Of a DNA stretch of 64,000 bases, positions 30,201-40,114 are shown piece after piece (position 1 is the stretch's first letter; each line of letters begins with the position of its first letter). The notes under the pieces were generated by a model that saw only the letters and a program-made list of their open reading frames with translations, was not told where the DNA came from and ran no database searches. Source of the DNA: Candidatus Levyibacteriota bacterium (lineage in GTDB: Bacteria > Patescibacteriota > Microgenomatia > Levybacterales > UBA12049); NCBI GenBank assembly GCA_027459745.1, contig DAIDHL010000004.1, positions 79,240-143,239 of the forward strand, read 5' to 3'. Position numbers and translations under genes: made by a program.

Positions 30201-30309
30201 CATGTTTTCCTTCTTGGGAAGAAGATGTTTGTGATTGATCTGGAGTTTGGGCAGCTGTTTCGGCTGCTGGTGGAGTACCACCTTCTATTGATCCATTTGG
30301 GCCGGCCAT
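27232..30309 (-). CDS. About 1025-aa protein with Pro-rich repeats, collagen-like Gly-X-Y tract, coiled coils and hydrophobic segments
   Basis: Long ORF; 27 contiguous GXY triplets; no N-terminal signal peptide; start could alternatively be ATG 30327. Confidence 0.85.
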   Translation of the reverse strand: MAGPNGSIEGGTPPAAETAAQTPDQSQTSSSQEGKHAGGSVRVDVNRPDLVAGRAIQTAARGILNRFGLGKNENNNYSTTTSQGFSQDASESQVSSESQQQEQSQLPHSQRLLNPKPGEDPKLLNVAPVVDTPLLTGRPEFKMLNPKPGDEIPQLTGRPDVPQLGGVDVPLQLNPKPDQPLLTGTPDRVLIPQISKDTERQQQEVVMVQPPTTDEVGGETSNSEPVANENPLTPRVSQHSSTRTFSTSPTTNVSIEFPTIGSDKGTTNVDSSAISSRRSLTDALEEAKKFREANGLPEPDVDDTPSEQDVIRGRLEDIAGRQINWWDTNGADGKDGGAGRDGGAGKDGADGGTGKDGADGGAGKDGADGGAGKDGADGKDGGAGKDGADGKDGGAGKDGADGKDGGAGKKDEELGPIYGPELPPLYGPEIPPGFVPEHTPSSEETRITNELREINKRISEMDGYDKRSGFDETIDGDFVMVNGNRVHIEGSLTQARREYIEARRKAGRFLIGRFKEGELKNATQAYDSARESRDRLIAERKRLQQQLEDAKNPKPEVPADETEDAKKTRLEAEKAKTEREQQELVAEVVQEHLNEMNNLSEAELADLITRDKTVLGRLRTIATLGALRNHPRIRMALGLALNGATIASAATGMVPLTAAFMAARTGLRIYGNEAIARTAMEWNAGRLAENRTLSPEEMSRRENQLSDNDTILADPDKAGGYRISTAELQRMRQRLDINRLNRRVEEVSGQQKNIDAEIRRRLQEDMTTRLRASLAEVGTDGKPVRDFNNPDTTADLLIGFMKETSSEPEEAKKLNNVNNETAQRNDLLIGDRKANFKKWVVVGLATGVTTGLLDSIVHGHFVPGGNEAHQAVTSAASTEHVQNGIPYQEYSFNSHPDTTWNKALISELGPDHDKVSSLYGRALGSLRQHMFGQFYNQDNPLQSRLFSEWVHSHPHEVAKGVINYEDLVKRLNPGMISSSHPDLLQHLGADGKTLVWKMPSGDIWGQAGIKPFDFNSLAELTAKAA
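29080..29322 (-). repeat. 9-bp-unit tandem repeat encoding collagen-like GAD/GKD/GGA triplets
   Basis: Units accatcagc / accatcttt / accagctcc with 27- and 36-bp higher-order repeats. Confidence 0.95.
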
Positions 30310-30392
30310 AATTTTATATACGTACATTAATAATCAAAGATTATGAGATAAATGTCAAGTGGCACAACTATATGTTTTATATATAAATAATC

Positions 30393-30947
30393 TTACCCTT
30401 GATTTGGTTTTATTAATTTGAATCCTTGGAGAAATAAAACTTCTTTGGTAATAGACAGCGCATGAGGATCGTGAAGGATATTAATTACTAACTGACGCGA
30501 AACTTCTTCTACACGATTATTTAGCGAGCGCTGATCACTTTCAGATAATTTTTCCAAGGCAATCTGTCCATGCATTTGCCTCTCCTGCATAACATAAAGC
30601 AGAATCTGATCAGACAAAATATTTTTATTTAACTCTTTACCTTCCCGAGTAACCTGTAAAGGACTTTTAGCACCTAGTGGCAAAAGTTCGGAAAAGCTTT
30701 TACTAACAGATTCTTTCTGTATTCTCTCCCAAGCTTCATATAATAATTTTTTTTGCAAATCAGCACAAGCTTTAACGATCTCCTCATTAGCTAAATAATT
30801 TGCAATAAATTGCTGGTTTTGCGCAATGCTTGGATTAAATAAATATAAGGCCATCATTCTTGCTGTGGCATCATTATCCTTGGCAAATAGTTGTCCAAAA
30901 CTGATTGACAGAAAAGCCAAAGCTGCTGCGTCCTCATTTTTGTTCAT
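30393..30947 (-). CDS. Hypothetical helical protein
   Basis: 184-aa ORF; 4-bp overlap with the upstream gene. Confidence 0.7.
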   Translation of the reverse strand: MNKNEDAAALAFLSISFGQLFAKDNDATARMMALYLFNPSIAQNQQFIANYLANEEIVKACADLQKKLLYEAWERIQKESVSKSFSELLPLGAKSPLQVTREGKELNKNILSDQILLYVMQERQMHGQIALEKLSESDQRSLNNRVEEVSRQLVINILHDPHALSITKEVLFLQGFKLIKPNQG

Positions 30948-31300
30948 TCTTTTTCTCCTTTTAATAACTCACTTATTCTTTGATTTGTTTCGGTAACTAC
31001 ATCATTAAATACTCTCGGCGCAGGTAATTCTCCAGCCATTAATCGCACTGGCTGCTCAGCTGAATCTGACGGTTCTTGTCCAGCAATTACCATATTCGTA
31101 GCATCAATTAATGCTTTTATATTACCCTCTGTCGGATCAACGGTAGATAATTCTTTAAAAAATAATCCGACTCTTTCTTGAGCATCTTTTGCCTCTTTTG
31201 GAGGATTAAAAATATTCTCCTTCGTTGCAGCTGCTGGCTTTTCTACCTGCGGCTGGGCAGGCAAAATTTCAGGGGCTTGTTCTAATACATCTTGTGCCAT
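30944..31300 (-). CDS. Hypothetical acidic protein
   Basis: 118-aa ORF divergent from metG. Confidence 0.7.
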   Translation of the reverse strand: MAQDVLEQAPEILPAQPQVEKPAAATKENIFNPPKEAKDAQERVGLFFKELSTVDPTEGNIKALIDATNMVIAGQEPSDSAEQPVRLMAGELPAPRVFNDVVTETNQRISELLKGEKE

Positions 31301-31396
31301 ACATATTTATACTAGCAAATTCCACGCTTAATACAAATGGAAGCAAAACATGTAATTTTTCTTGCCTCGTTAGCCTCTGTCTGTTAGAATCAAAGC

Positions 31397-32854
31397 ATGG
31401 GAAAATTCTATATTACTATCGCTATTCCATATGTTAACGGCAAACCGCATTTGGGTCACGCTTTGGAATATTTTCAAGCCGATACTATCCGCCGATTCCA
31501 CCAAATCAACGGAGATGAAACTCTGCTTTTGTCTGGTGCCGATGAAAACGCTTTGAAGAATGTCCAAGCTGCCGAAAAAGAAGGCATTCCAACCCAGGAA
31601 TTCCTAGATCGCAATTCTAATGTTTTTCGTGAAGCTTTTGTCAAACTCGGCGTCAATCTAGATGTTTTTCAACGCGGATCTGATCAACAAAAGCATTGGC
31701 CGGGCGTGCAAAAGCTCTGGCAACTCTGTTTCGAAAATGGTGACATTTATAAGAAAAGTTATGAGGGCCTGTATTGTGTTGGATGTGAAAGTTTTAAAAC
31801 TCCTGAAGAGCTTACAGAAGACGGCTTGTGCAAAGAGCACCTCAAAAAACCAGAACTAGTCAAAGAAGAAAACTATTTTTTCCGTCTAAGTAAATATCAA
31901 CAGCAATTAATCGATTTAATTGAGTCAAATACCTTGAAAATTATTCCTGATAATAAAAGACAAGAAACACTTAGCTTCGTCAAATCTGGTTTGGAGGACT
32001 TTAGTGTTTCTCGTTCTAAAACTAGAGCCAAAGGCGTAGGCGTGCCAGTACCTAATGATCCAGAACAAGTAATGTATGTGTGGTTTGATGCCTTAACTAT
32101 ATATATGACAGGTGTCGGATTCGGCACTGATGAAGAAAAATACCAAACCTGGTGGCCAGCTGATTTACATATTATTGGTAAAGACATTAATCGTTTCCAT
32201 ACTGTGTATTGGCCAGCCATGTTAATGTCAGCCAAGTTAGCCTTACCAAAACAAGTACTGATTCATAGTTTTATTAATGCGCCGGGTGGAGTAAAAATGA
32301 GTAAAAGCCTGGGTAATGTTATTGATCCCTTTGCTATGTCCCAAGAATATGGTTTGGAAGCTTTACGTTATTATTTGTTATCACAAATTCCCCTGTCTGA
32401 AGATGGAGAGATGAGTCTGGATAGATTTAAAGAAGTCTATAATGCAGATTTGGCCAATGGACTGGGCAACTTAGTCTCACGAGTGGCCAAACTTTGTGAA
32501 ATGACCAAATACGAACAGATGGCAACTACAGACCGTTCTACCAAACATCTTATGAGTATCGATCCTTATTTACAAGCCATGAAAAGCTATAAACTCAATG
32601 AGGCATGTACTTTTATCTGGCAAAAAATTGCTGTGCTGGATAAATATATTGTAGAAGCCAAACCATGGGACTTGATTAAAACAGAAGATCCACGCCTCCG
32701 CAGTATTTTAAGCCATTTAGTCAATGAATTACAGGAGATTGGAATTTTGCTGGCACCTATTTTACCCGAAACTTCTAGTAAAATTGAACAAGTCTTTAAG
32801 GGTCCGGGTATTAAAAGTGGTGTATCTTTATTCCCGAGATTGAAAAAAGACTAA
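31397..32854 (+). CDS. metG: Methionine--tRNA ligase (short form)
   Basis: PYVNGKPHLGH, YVWFDAL, GKDINRFH, KMSKS. Confidence 0.98.
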   Translation: MGKFYITIAIPYVNGKPHLGHALEYFQADTIRRFHQINGDETLLLSGADENALKNVQAAEKEGIPTQEFLDRNSNVFREAFVKLGVNLDVFQRGSDQQKHWPGVQKLWQLCFENGDIYKKSYEGLYCVGCESFKTPEELTEDGLCKEHLKKPELVKEENYFFRLSKYQQQLIDLIESNTLKIIPDNKRQETLSFVKSGLEDFSVSRSKTRAKGVGVPVPNDPEQVMYVWFDALTIYMTGVGFGTDEEKYQTWWPADLHIIGKDINRFHTVYWPAMLMSAKLALPKQVLIHSFINAPGGVKMSKSLGNVIDPFAMSQEYGLEALRYYLLSQIPLSEDGEMSLDRFKEVYNADLANGLGNLVSRVAKLCEMTKYEQMATTDRSTKHLMSIDPYLQAMKSYKLNEACTFIWQKIAVLDKYIVEAKPWDLIKTEDPRLRSILSHLVNELQEIGILLAPILPETSSKIEQVFKGPGIKSGVSLFPRLKKD

Positions 32855-32868
32855 CCCGTGGTGAGATT

Positions 32869-33678
32869 ATGATCGATTCACATTGTCATCTAAACTTTCA
32901 TGCTTTCAGCAAAGATGTTGATGAGGTTATAAAAAAGGCCCAAGATGCAGGTATATCCAAAATAATTAACACGGGTACCAAACTTGACTCCAGTGCGCAT
33001 GCTGTTCAACTTGCCGAACAATACGATAACCTCTATGCGATAGTGGGAGTTCATCCACATCATGCAGACAAAATCGAAGAAGAACAGGACTGGGTAGATA
33101 AATTGAAGCAAATGACTAAAAATCCCAAGGTTGTGGGCATAGGCGAAATAGGCATGGATTATTTCTCTTATCACTCAAATGGCATAGTTGAGCCAAAATT
33201 GCAAAAACGTGTATTTGAACAACAAATTATGCTTGCTCACCAAACAGGTCTACCTCTGCAGATTCATAATCGCCAAGCTGGAGATGATGTAATAGAGATC
33301 TTAAGAACTCATAAAAACTATCTACAGACTATACCCGGTGTATTTCACTGCTTTGCAGGCTCAATGGAAGTCTTAAAAAAGGCTCTTGATCTGGGTTTTT
33401 TTATTGGCTTTGACGGTAATTTGACCTACCCAGGCCTAGCACCCGGGGAGACTACTGCCTTACCAGACATAGCCAAATATGTACCCTTGGAGCGTATTTT
33501 GTGCGAGACGGACAGTCCATACCTTACTCCTGTGCCTCACCGAGGCCAGAGAAATGAACCCCAATATGTTATACTAGTAGGACATAAAATTGCAGATTTG
33601 AAGCAAATTCCATATCAGCTAGTGATGGAACAAACCATGAAAAATACTTACACCGTATTTAAAAGATTGAAACACTAA
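32869..33678 (+). CDS. tatD: TatD-family nuclease/hydrolase
   Basis: IDSHCHL, GVHPH, GEIGMD, IHNR, HCF, ETDSPYL. Confidence 0.95.
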   Translation: MIDSHCHLNFHAFSKDVDEVIKKAQDAGISKIINTGTKLDSSAHAVQLAEQYDNLYAIVGVHPHHADKIEEEQDWVDKLKQMTKNPKVVGIGEIGMDYFSYHSNGIVEPKLQKRVFEQQIMLAHQTGLPLQIHNRQAGDDVIEILRTHKNYLQTIPGVFHCFAGSMEVLKKALDLGFFIGFDGNLTYPGLAPGETTALPDIAKYVPLERILCETDSPYLTPVPHRGQRNEPQYVILVGHKIADLKQIPYQLVMEQTMKNTYTVFKRLKH

Positions 33679-33680
33679 AA

Positions 33681-35189
33681 GTGAGTTTATATGCTATGAA
33701 TGATTTTTTTAATCATATTTTCACAAGATATCCCATCAAGACTCGTAGATTTTTAGAATTATTACCTGGCCTTACAGCCTGGGCTATTATCTTTTTGCCT
33801 ATTTATGGATCATTTCTATTTCCAGAAGCACTATCTTGGATGATTCTTTTCTTTGACGTTTATTGGCTGGTTAAATCGTTCCATCTCGTCATAACAGCAT
33901 ATAAATCCACCGCCAAAATATTAGCTACTGAAAAAGAAGATTGGAACGCTAAAGCCAGCAAATTACCTCATTATAAAGATATGACACACGTTTTGGTCAT
34001 TCCTAACTATAAAGAATCTGTGACTAAGTTAAGATCCACACTGGAAGAGTTAACTCACCAAACTTTTCCTTTAAAAAGGATGTTTATTGTCTTAGCCATG
34101 GAAGAACGTGAAGTTGAAGCAAAAGCTAAATCAGATGAACTAATTAAAGAATTTCAGCCAATATTTGGTGATGTTATTGCCACCTTTCATCCTGATGTGA
34201 TTGGAGAAGTAAAAGGTAAATCTTCTAATGAAGCCTATGGAGGCAGAGTTGCCTATGAGACGCTCTATGCCAATAATAAATACGCTCTTGATTACGCCAC
34301 AGTGACATCTGTAGATGCTGATTCGATCTTCGACAAGCAATACTTCGCTTATCTAAGCTACAGCTTTCTGACTAATAATAATCCCTACCGTAGATTCTGG
34401 CAATCAGCTAATGTATTTTATAATAATTTATGGGATGTCCCAGCTCCTAATCGCATCATTTCTTTTTTTGGCAGTATGTATCGAACTGCTGTATTAGTTC
34501 AGGGAGATAAATTAATCATCAACGCTACATATTCTTTGTCATTCAAATTACTAAAAGAAATTGATTTCTGGGATGTAGACGTTATTCCCGAAGATTATCG
34601 TATTTTCTTTAAAGCGTTTTATCGTACTAAAGGTGAAACTTATGCTGTACCAATATTCTTAAAAACCTCTCTTGATGCACCAAAATCTCCTACTTACTTA
34701 AAAAGTTTACAGAACAAATACCAGCAAGAGAGACGCTGGTCATGGGGTGTTTCAGACGACCCACTGTTTGTTAAGTGGTGGTTAACTGTACCTGGTGTAC
34801 CTTTCTATAGAAAAACGGTATTATTATTTCATGTTCTGTTAGATCATCAACTTTGGCCTGTAAACTGGTTTATTATTACAGTTGCTGCTAATATCATGCC
34901 CATCATTAATCCCGTTTATTCACGAACAACCCTTGGTTATATGCTTCCGCAAATTGCCGCGTCAATTCTGACTTTGTGTTTGCTTGCTATAGTTGCACTA
35001 ATTTATCTGGATTACAAAAATTCCACAGAGCATCGTTATGTTTCCAAACGCAGAAGATTGCTTTTTCCTATTGAATTTATTTTAATGCCAATCGTAGGCT
35101 TTTTCCTTTCTGCGTTGCCAGCCTTGATCTCTCATACTCAACTTATGCTTGGTAAACGCTTAGAATATAAAGTGACTGAGAAAGTTTAA
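33681..35189 (+). CDS. Polytopic glycosyltransferase family 2 (processive type)
   Basis: IPNYKE, GKSSN, DADS, PED, QERRW motifs plus TM helices. Confidence 0.88.
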   Translation: MSLYAMNDFFNHIFTRYPIKTRRFLELLPGLTAWAIIFLPIYGSFLFPEALSWMILFFDVYWLVKSFHLVITAYKSTAKILATEKEDWNAKASKLPHYKDMTHVLVIPNYKESVTKLRSTLEELTHQTFPLKRMFIVLAMEEREVEAKAKSDELIKEFQPIFGDVIATFHPDVIGEVKGKSSNEAYGGRVAYETLYANNKYALDYATVTSVDADSIFDKQYFAYLSYSFLTNNNPYRRFWQSANVFYNNLWDVPAPNRIISFFGSMYRTAVLVQGDKLIINATYSLSFKLLKEIDFWDVDVIPEDYRIFFKAFYRTKGETYAVPIFLKTSLDAPKSPTYLKSLQNKYQQERRWSWGVSDDPLFVKWWLTVPGVPFYRKTVLLFHVLLDHQLWPVNWFIITVAANIMPIINPVYSRTTLGYMLPQIAASILTLCLLAIVALIYLDYKNSTEHRYVSKRRRLLFPIEFILMPIVGFFLSALPALISHTQLMLGKRLEYKVTEKV

Positions 35190-35257
35190 GGCTATAGCTT
35201 ATACTAATAATCTTTTAACCAATTGCAAAAGTTAAGTCGTTATTTAATAATGAAACT

Positions 35258-36781
35258 ATGAAAAACTTCCTCTATCGACTGGAAAAATCTACTTCTACCT
35301 GGGTACTGATTACTACACTATTTGTCTTTTTTCTTTTACGGCTACCTTCGCTAATTGAACCATATTGGTACGGAGATGAGGGGATTTATGAAGTTATCGG
35401 TAGTGCCTTAAGACATGGAGTAATGCTTTATTCAGGAATCTGGGACAACAAACCACCACTACTCTACTTAACTTATGCATTATTTTCGGGAGATCAGTAT
35501 TTCGTAAAACTACTGTCTTTAATCTTTGGTTTGTTTAGTATAATAGTTTTTTACTATTTAGCAAAAAAAATATTTCGACAACAAAAGACTCAATATTTAT
35601 CGACCATTATTTTTGCTATACTATTTGCTACTCCAGTAACTGAAGGCAACATAGCTAATGCTGAGAATTTTATGCTATTGCCTATACTTCTCTCAGCTTG
35701 CTTAGTTTATAGTCTTTCAGGACATAAAGACTACCAACTGATAATAGGTAAAAGAAAAGTTAATGACTCTATTTTTAATTATCAAATTCTTAGTGGACTT
35801 TTGCTCGGTATCGCTTCTCTTTATAAAATTGTCGCCGTATTTGATTTCGCTGCTTTAGGATTATTTTTATTCTTTAGTGTGTTTTCAAAAAATTATAAAC
35901 TTGCTGACTTGGGTAATATAAAAATAATCAAAGCACTTAGCCATCTAATATCCCCTTTTATAATTGGTTTTTTAATACCTCTTTTAATTACCCTAATTTT
36001 CTTTACACTGAATGGTGCAGGGATTGATTTTCTGAAATCTGCTTTTACTAATAATGTCAGTTATGTTGGGTACGGAAATGTGTTTGTTATACCTCAGGGA
36101 TTTTTAATTTTAAAGTTATTAATTTTGCTAACCATAATAGTATGGTTGTATCGACAAAGAAATAACTATAGTAAAAATATTATTTTTATCCTTTTGTGGT
36201 TTACATTAGAAGTGTTTGATAGTTTCTTTTCTCAACGGAATTATACTCATTATTTTCTGATGAGTATAACGAGTCTGGCTTTGTTAATTGGATTGCTAAC
36301 AATACAATATAAGAAAAACTGGAAAGTTATGATTCCGTTTGTATGCTTGGCAATTTTCGTTACTGTATTTTTTGTCAATATTAGACTTATAAACTTACCT
36401 GGCTACTATCTTAACTATTTTTCTTATATTACCAATCACAAATCTGTTGATAGTTATCGTAGTTATTTTGATACTAGTGTACCAAGAGACTATGTAATTG
36501 CAGATTATTTAAAGGCTAATACAAAACCCTACAGTAAGGTTTTTATCTGGGGGAATAGTCCTCAAATATATGCTCTATCCAAAACCCTACCTGTAGGCAA
36601 ATACACAGTCGCTTATCATATTACTGAAAGTGAAATAGAAAAAACACAGAGTGCTATTGAAGTTCAAAAACCAAAATATGTCGTGGTGCTATCAGATGTA
36701 AACCCATTACCATTTAGTATTGATGATTATCAACCGGTGCTCTCTTTATCAGGAAATGTAATTTATGAAAAAAACTTTTAA
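35258..36781 (+). CDS. GT-C glycosyltransferase (ArnT/PMT-like)
   Basis: WYGDEGIY, WDNKPP, more than 10 TM helices. Confidence 0.85.
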   Translation: MKNFLYRLEKSTSTWVLITTLFVFFLLRLPSLIEPYWYGDEGIYEVIGSALRHGVMLYSGIWDNKPPLLYLTYALFSGDQYFVKLLSLIFGLFSIIVFYYLAKKIFRQQKTQYLSTIIFAILFATPVTEGNIANAENFMLLPILLSACLVYSLSGHKDYQLIIGKRKVNDSIFNYQILSGLLLGIASLYKIVAVFDFAALGLFLFFSVFSKNYKLADLGNIKIIKALSHLISPFIIGFLIPLLITLIFFTLNGAGIDFLKSAFTNNVSYVGYGNVFVIPQGFLILKLLILLTIIVWLYRQRNNYSKNIIFILLWFTLEVFDSFFSQRNYTHYFLMSITSLALLIGLLTIQYKKNWKVMIPFVCLAIFVTVFFVNIRLINLPGYYLNYFSYITNHKSVDSYRSYFDTSVPRDYVIADYLKANTKPYSKVFIWGNSPQIYALSKTLPVGKYTVAYHITESEIEKTQSAIEVQKPKYVVVLSDVNPLPFSIDDYQPVLSLSGNVIYEKNF

Positions 36782-37118
36782 TCAATTATTCTCTGATCGA
36801 TTAATATTACAAGCTACAACATTAACATTTATTTTTTTATTATTAAGTGTAGTTGCTATAGCTATAACTTGGCAGTATCTACCTCCTATCGTACCCTTAT
36901 ATAATCAAGCTAGTTGGGGTGATCCCAGATTGGCTGACAAAATCTTTTTATTCCTTCCATCTTTAATAGTTTTAACAGGAGTAATTGTTAATTCTATAAT
37001 TGCCAGATTCTATTTAAATTCCATGCCTTTAATCGCAAGATTCTTGGCTATAACCATAACTTTTAGTTCGATTTTAGTTTTTATATTTGACATAAGGACT
37101 CTACAGTTAATCATTTAG
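36765..37118 (+). CDS. Small membrane protein (DUF1648-like)
   Basis: Three TM helices with LPPIVPLY...WG loop. Confidence 0.6.
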   Translation: MKKTFNQLFSDRLILQATTLTFIFLLLSVVAIAITWQYLPPIVPLYNQASWGDPRLADKIFLFLPSLIVLTGVIVNSIIARFYLNSMPLIARFLAITITFSSILVFIFDIRTLQLII

Positions 37119-37123
37119 TTTTT

Positions 37124-38218
37124 ATGACTAATATACCTTATTCTCTATTTTTTTTAGTTGTTATTCCCTTTTTATTATCTTTGCTTTTTACTGGCATACT
37201 GACTCCTCTTTTTATAAGGATTAATATTTTTTTAAAATTAATAGATGATCCCAAAAAGCATAAACACCCAGCCATGTTGCATACTAAAATGTTACCCCGA
37301 GGCGGCGGATTGCCTTATTTTTTAGGTATTTTAATTAGTGCTCTTATACTTTTACCTATAACTCCACAGACTATAACTATTTATATAGCAGGCATAATTG
37401 CACTAGTTGTAGGCACTATAGATGATAGGATGAACGCCGAAGGTAGCGACATTTCTCCCTATATACGTTTTCTTTTTAATATATTATGCGCAACTATCAT
37501 TGTGCTAGGTGGAACAAACAGTACTTTTATAACTAATCCTTTAGGAGGAATTTTACATTTAAATATTTCAGTCATTCCATTTTTTCCTATTACTGTAGCT
37601 CAAATAATTTATATTATCTGGATCGTATGGGTGATGAATATTCTTAATTGGAGTAAAGGGGTCGACGGACAAATGCCTGGTATTGTTTCTATCGCTGCTA
37701 TCGTTATTGGTATTTTAAGTTTGAGATTTTCTTTGCATGATCAAAATGTGATCATTGATACCAAATTATCATTTATGATTGCTGGAGCTAGTATAGGTTT
37801 TTTAATTTATAATTTCCATCCAGCGAAAATTTTTCCTGGGTTTGGTACTACTTCCGTCTATTTACTATTAGCGGCAGTTTCAATCCTTTCGAGTGCAAAA
37901 CTAGCTACTGCTATCTTAGTGATGGGAGTTCCAATTGTTGATGCTACCTTTACGATAATACGTCGTATTTATCATAAAAAATCACCATTTTTACATGATA
38001 GATTACATCTACACCATCTACTACTTAAACTAGGATATTCCCAAAGACAAATCGCGTTGTTTTACTGGGCAATATCTGCTATATTAGGACTTGTTGCACT
38101 GACTTTGCAAAGCACCAATAAACTTTTCGCTTTATTAATGTTATTTGCAATAGTAGGTGGTGGTTTATTGTTCTTGCATTCCATAACACAAGACAAAAAT
38201 GAAAAAGTTTCTCCTTGA
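37124..38218 (+). CDS. MraY/WecA(TagO)-family polyprenyl-phosphate HexNAc-1-phosphate transferase
   Basis: PRGGG, GTIDD, NWSKGVDG, YNFHPAKIF, DRLHLHH. Confidence 0.9.
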   Translation: MTNIPYSLFFLVVIPFLLSLLFTGILTPLFIRINIFLKLIDDPKKHKHPAMLHTKMLPRGGGLPYFLGILISALILLPITPQTITIYIAGIIALVVGTIDDRMNAEGSDISPYIRFLFNILCATIIVLGGTNSTFITNPLGGILHLNISVIPFFPITVAQIIYIIWIVWVMNILNWSKGVDGQMPGIVSIAAIVIGILSLRFSLHDQNVIIDTKLSFMIAGASIGFLIYNFHPAKIFPGFGTTSVYLLLAAVSILSSAKLATAILVMGVPIVDATFTIIRRIYHKKSPFLHDRLHLHHLLLKLGYSQRQIALFYWAISAILGLVALTLQSTNKLFALLMLFAIVGGGLLFLHSITQDKNEKVSP

Positions 38219-39143
38219 GTCTTTAAGATTACTTAGACCTAGACAATGGGTTAAAAACCTAGCCATCTATGCTGCCTTACTTTTTTCTCGCCAACTTTTT
38301 GATCCTCAATCATTTATTAATGTGACTTTAGGTTTTATCGCATTCTGTAGCATTTCAAGTGCAATTTATGTTATCAACGACATTTTAGATGTAGAAAAAG
38401 ACCGTCGCCATCCCTTTAAACGTTTCCGTCCATTGGCCAGTCGTACTCTATCTGTACAATACGCGATATTTTTAGCAGTTGCATTAATAATTTTCTCTTT
38501 CCTACTAAGTTTCTCGATTTCTTTTCCACTTCTACTTTTAATCATTGCTTTCTTGTTCTTACAGTTTTTATATTCTTTCCTTTTAAAGCAGCTTGCTATC
38601 ATGGATATTATGATCTTAGCAACTGGCTACATAATTAGAGTTTACGGGGGTGAACTGATTACCGGACATCATATCTCAGTGTGGTTATTTCTAACTACAA
38701 TCTCACTCGCATTATTTTTAGCCGTGGGGAAAAGACGACGTGAACTTACATTGATTAGTGGTTATACAAGTACGCAAATTGCTTCGATACGCAAATCATT
38801 ATCCCATTATTCAGAGAACTTGCTAGATATGTATGCTGCTGTCTTTGCTACTTCTGCATTCATTATGTATGCACTATTTACTTCCAGTGCAAGTCCGCAA
38901 ATTACCAATAATTTATTCTTGCCTGATTTTTTACCCCAGCAATTTCAACGTAAATGGTTGATGATCACTATTCTTCCGGTTGTGTATGGTTTGATGCGTT
39001 ATCTACAAGATATTTACGAGAAACATGAGGGAGAAAGTCCAGAAAAAGTTTTATTTACTGATAAACAATTGTTGGCTACTGTTTTGGTTTGGGTAGTTCT
39101 AGTCATTACTATTGTCTATGGATTACAGTACTCTCCGCAGTAA
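38199..39143 (+). CDS. UbiA-family polyprenyl-phosphate phosphoribosyltransferase (DPPR synthase-like)
   Basis: LRPRQWVKN, YVINDILDVEKDRRHPFKRFRP, GKRRRE, GESPE. Confidence 0.88.
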   Translation: MKKFLLESLRLLRPRQWVKNLAIYAALLFSRQLFDPQSFINVTLGFIAFCSISSAIYVINDILDVEKDRRHPFKRFRPLASRTLSVQYAIFLAVALIIFSFLLSFSISFPLLLLIIAFLFLQFLYSFLLKQLAIMDIMILATGYIIRVYGGELITGHHISVWLFLTTISLALFLAVGKRRRELTLISGYTSTQIASIRKSLSHYSENLLDMYAAVFATSAFIMYALFTSSASPQITNNLFLPDFLPQQFQRKWLMITILPVVYGLMRYLQDIYEKHEGESPEKVLFTDKQLLATVLVWVVLVITIVYGLQYSPQ

Positions 39144-39159
39144 CTAAATTATAAAATTA

Positions 39160-40023
39160 CTAATTCTTTTGCGCATACTGTGTACTTACCCAACCAATTT
39201 TATTGTCCGGCAATTTAACTTCATACCATCCATTTTTTTCATCTAATAAATATAAACTATCACCCGGTTTTACCTGTTCCACTTCAGCACTATTCAAAGT
39301 CGCATCGGCCCTTACTCGTAAAAATCCGGTTGGTGTGTCTAAGATTGTAACTTTTGCAACTATGGGTGAAGGCGATAACTGTGCAGACGAAGATGCGTTA
39401 ACCGTAGCACTATTAGATGCTGAAACTGGTTGGTTAGAGGCTGCAAGATAGATTGTCGCCTGCAGTACATAACCACCAGGAGTATTTATATGCAAGGTTT
39501 TATCTGCATACCCTTTTTTCTGTACTACCAACTTATGATCTGAAGCAGTCGGGTTATTATATGAAAGAGGTGTATTACCTATCGAATTATCATCTAACTG
39601 TACATTGGCAGAACTGGGAAATGACGTAACCAACAATGAACTACTATTGGAATTATCCGCAGGATTTAACTCCAAAACACTCCCACTAGATTGTCCTGGC
39701 GGTCCAAAAGTGTAATCTAATACTGTTAAAACTCCCTTACCAATCGATATATGTTCTGCAAATGGAGCACTATTACCTTGGGTGGGTATCAAAGATATTG
39801 TGTAGCTGCCTACAGATAGTACATTTCCATTTTTTGAACTTTCGCAGCGACAAATAGGAGTGTTGCCGATGTATTTATTATTTAAATAGACTTTAGAAAT
39901 AGGTTGACTTGTTATCTGCAATTCTCCTGTACTGTTTCCTTGTCCGAAAAAAAACTGCATAGCAAAAAATATAGCTGCGGTAATTAATAATGAAAGAAAT
40001 AATACTATGACTGCTTTTTTCAT
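39160..40023 (-). CDS. PEGA-domain protein with C-terminal SH3 domain
   Basis: Two ITSxP...IGNTP PEGA-like repeats; TPTGFLRVR...GWYEV...GWVS. Confidence 0.85.
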   Translation of the reverse strand: MKKAVIVLFLSLLITAAIFFAMQFFFGQGNSTGELQITSQPISKVYLNNKYIGNTPICRCESSKNGNVLSVGSYTISLIPTQGNSAPFAEHISIGKGVLTVLDYTFGPPGQSSGSVLELNPADNSNSSSLLVTSFPSSANVQLDDNSIGNTPLSYNNPTASDHKLVVQKKGYADKTLHINTPGGYVLQATIYLAASNQPVSASNSATVNASSSAQLSPSPIVAKVTILDTPTGFLRVRADATLNSAEVEQVKPGDSLYLLDEKNGWYEVKLPDNKIGWVSTQYAQKN

Positions 40024-40114
40024 GGATAAGAGATGTTATAAATCACCTAAATTTGGAACTCTTACAACTATATCACGGAAGAAAATGTACTGGCAAGAAG
40101 CTCAAAATATTTAG

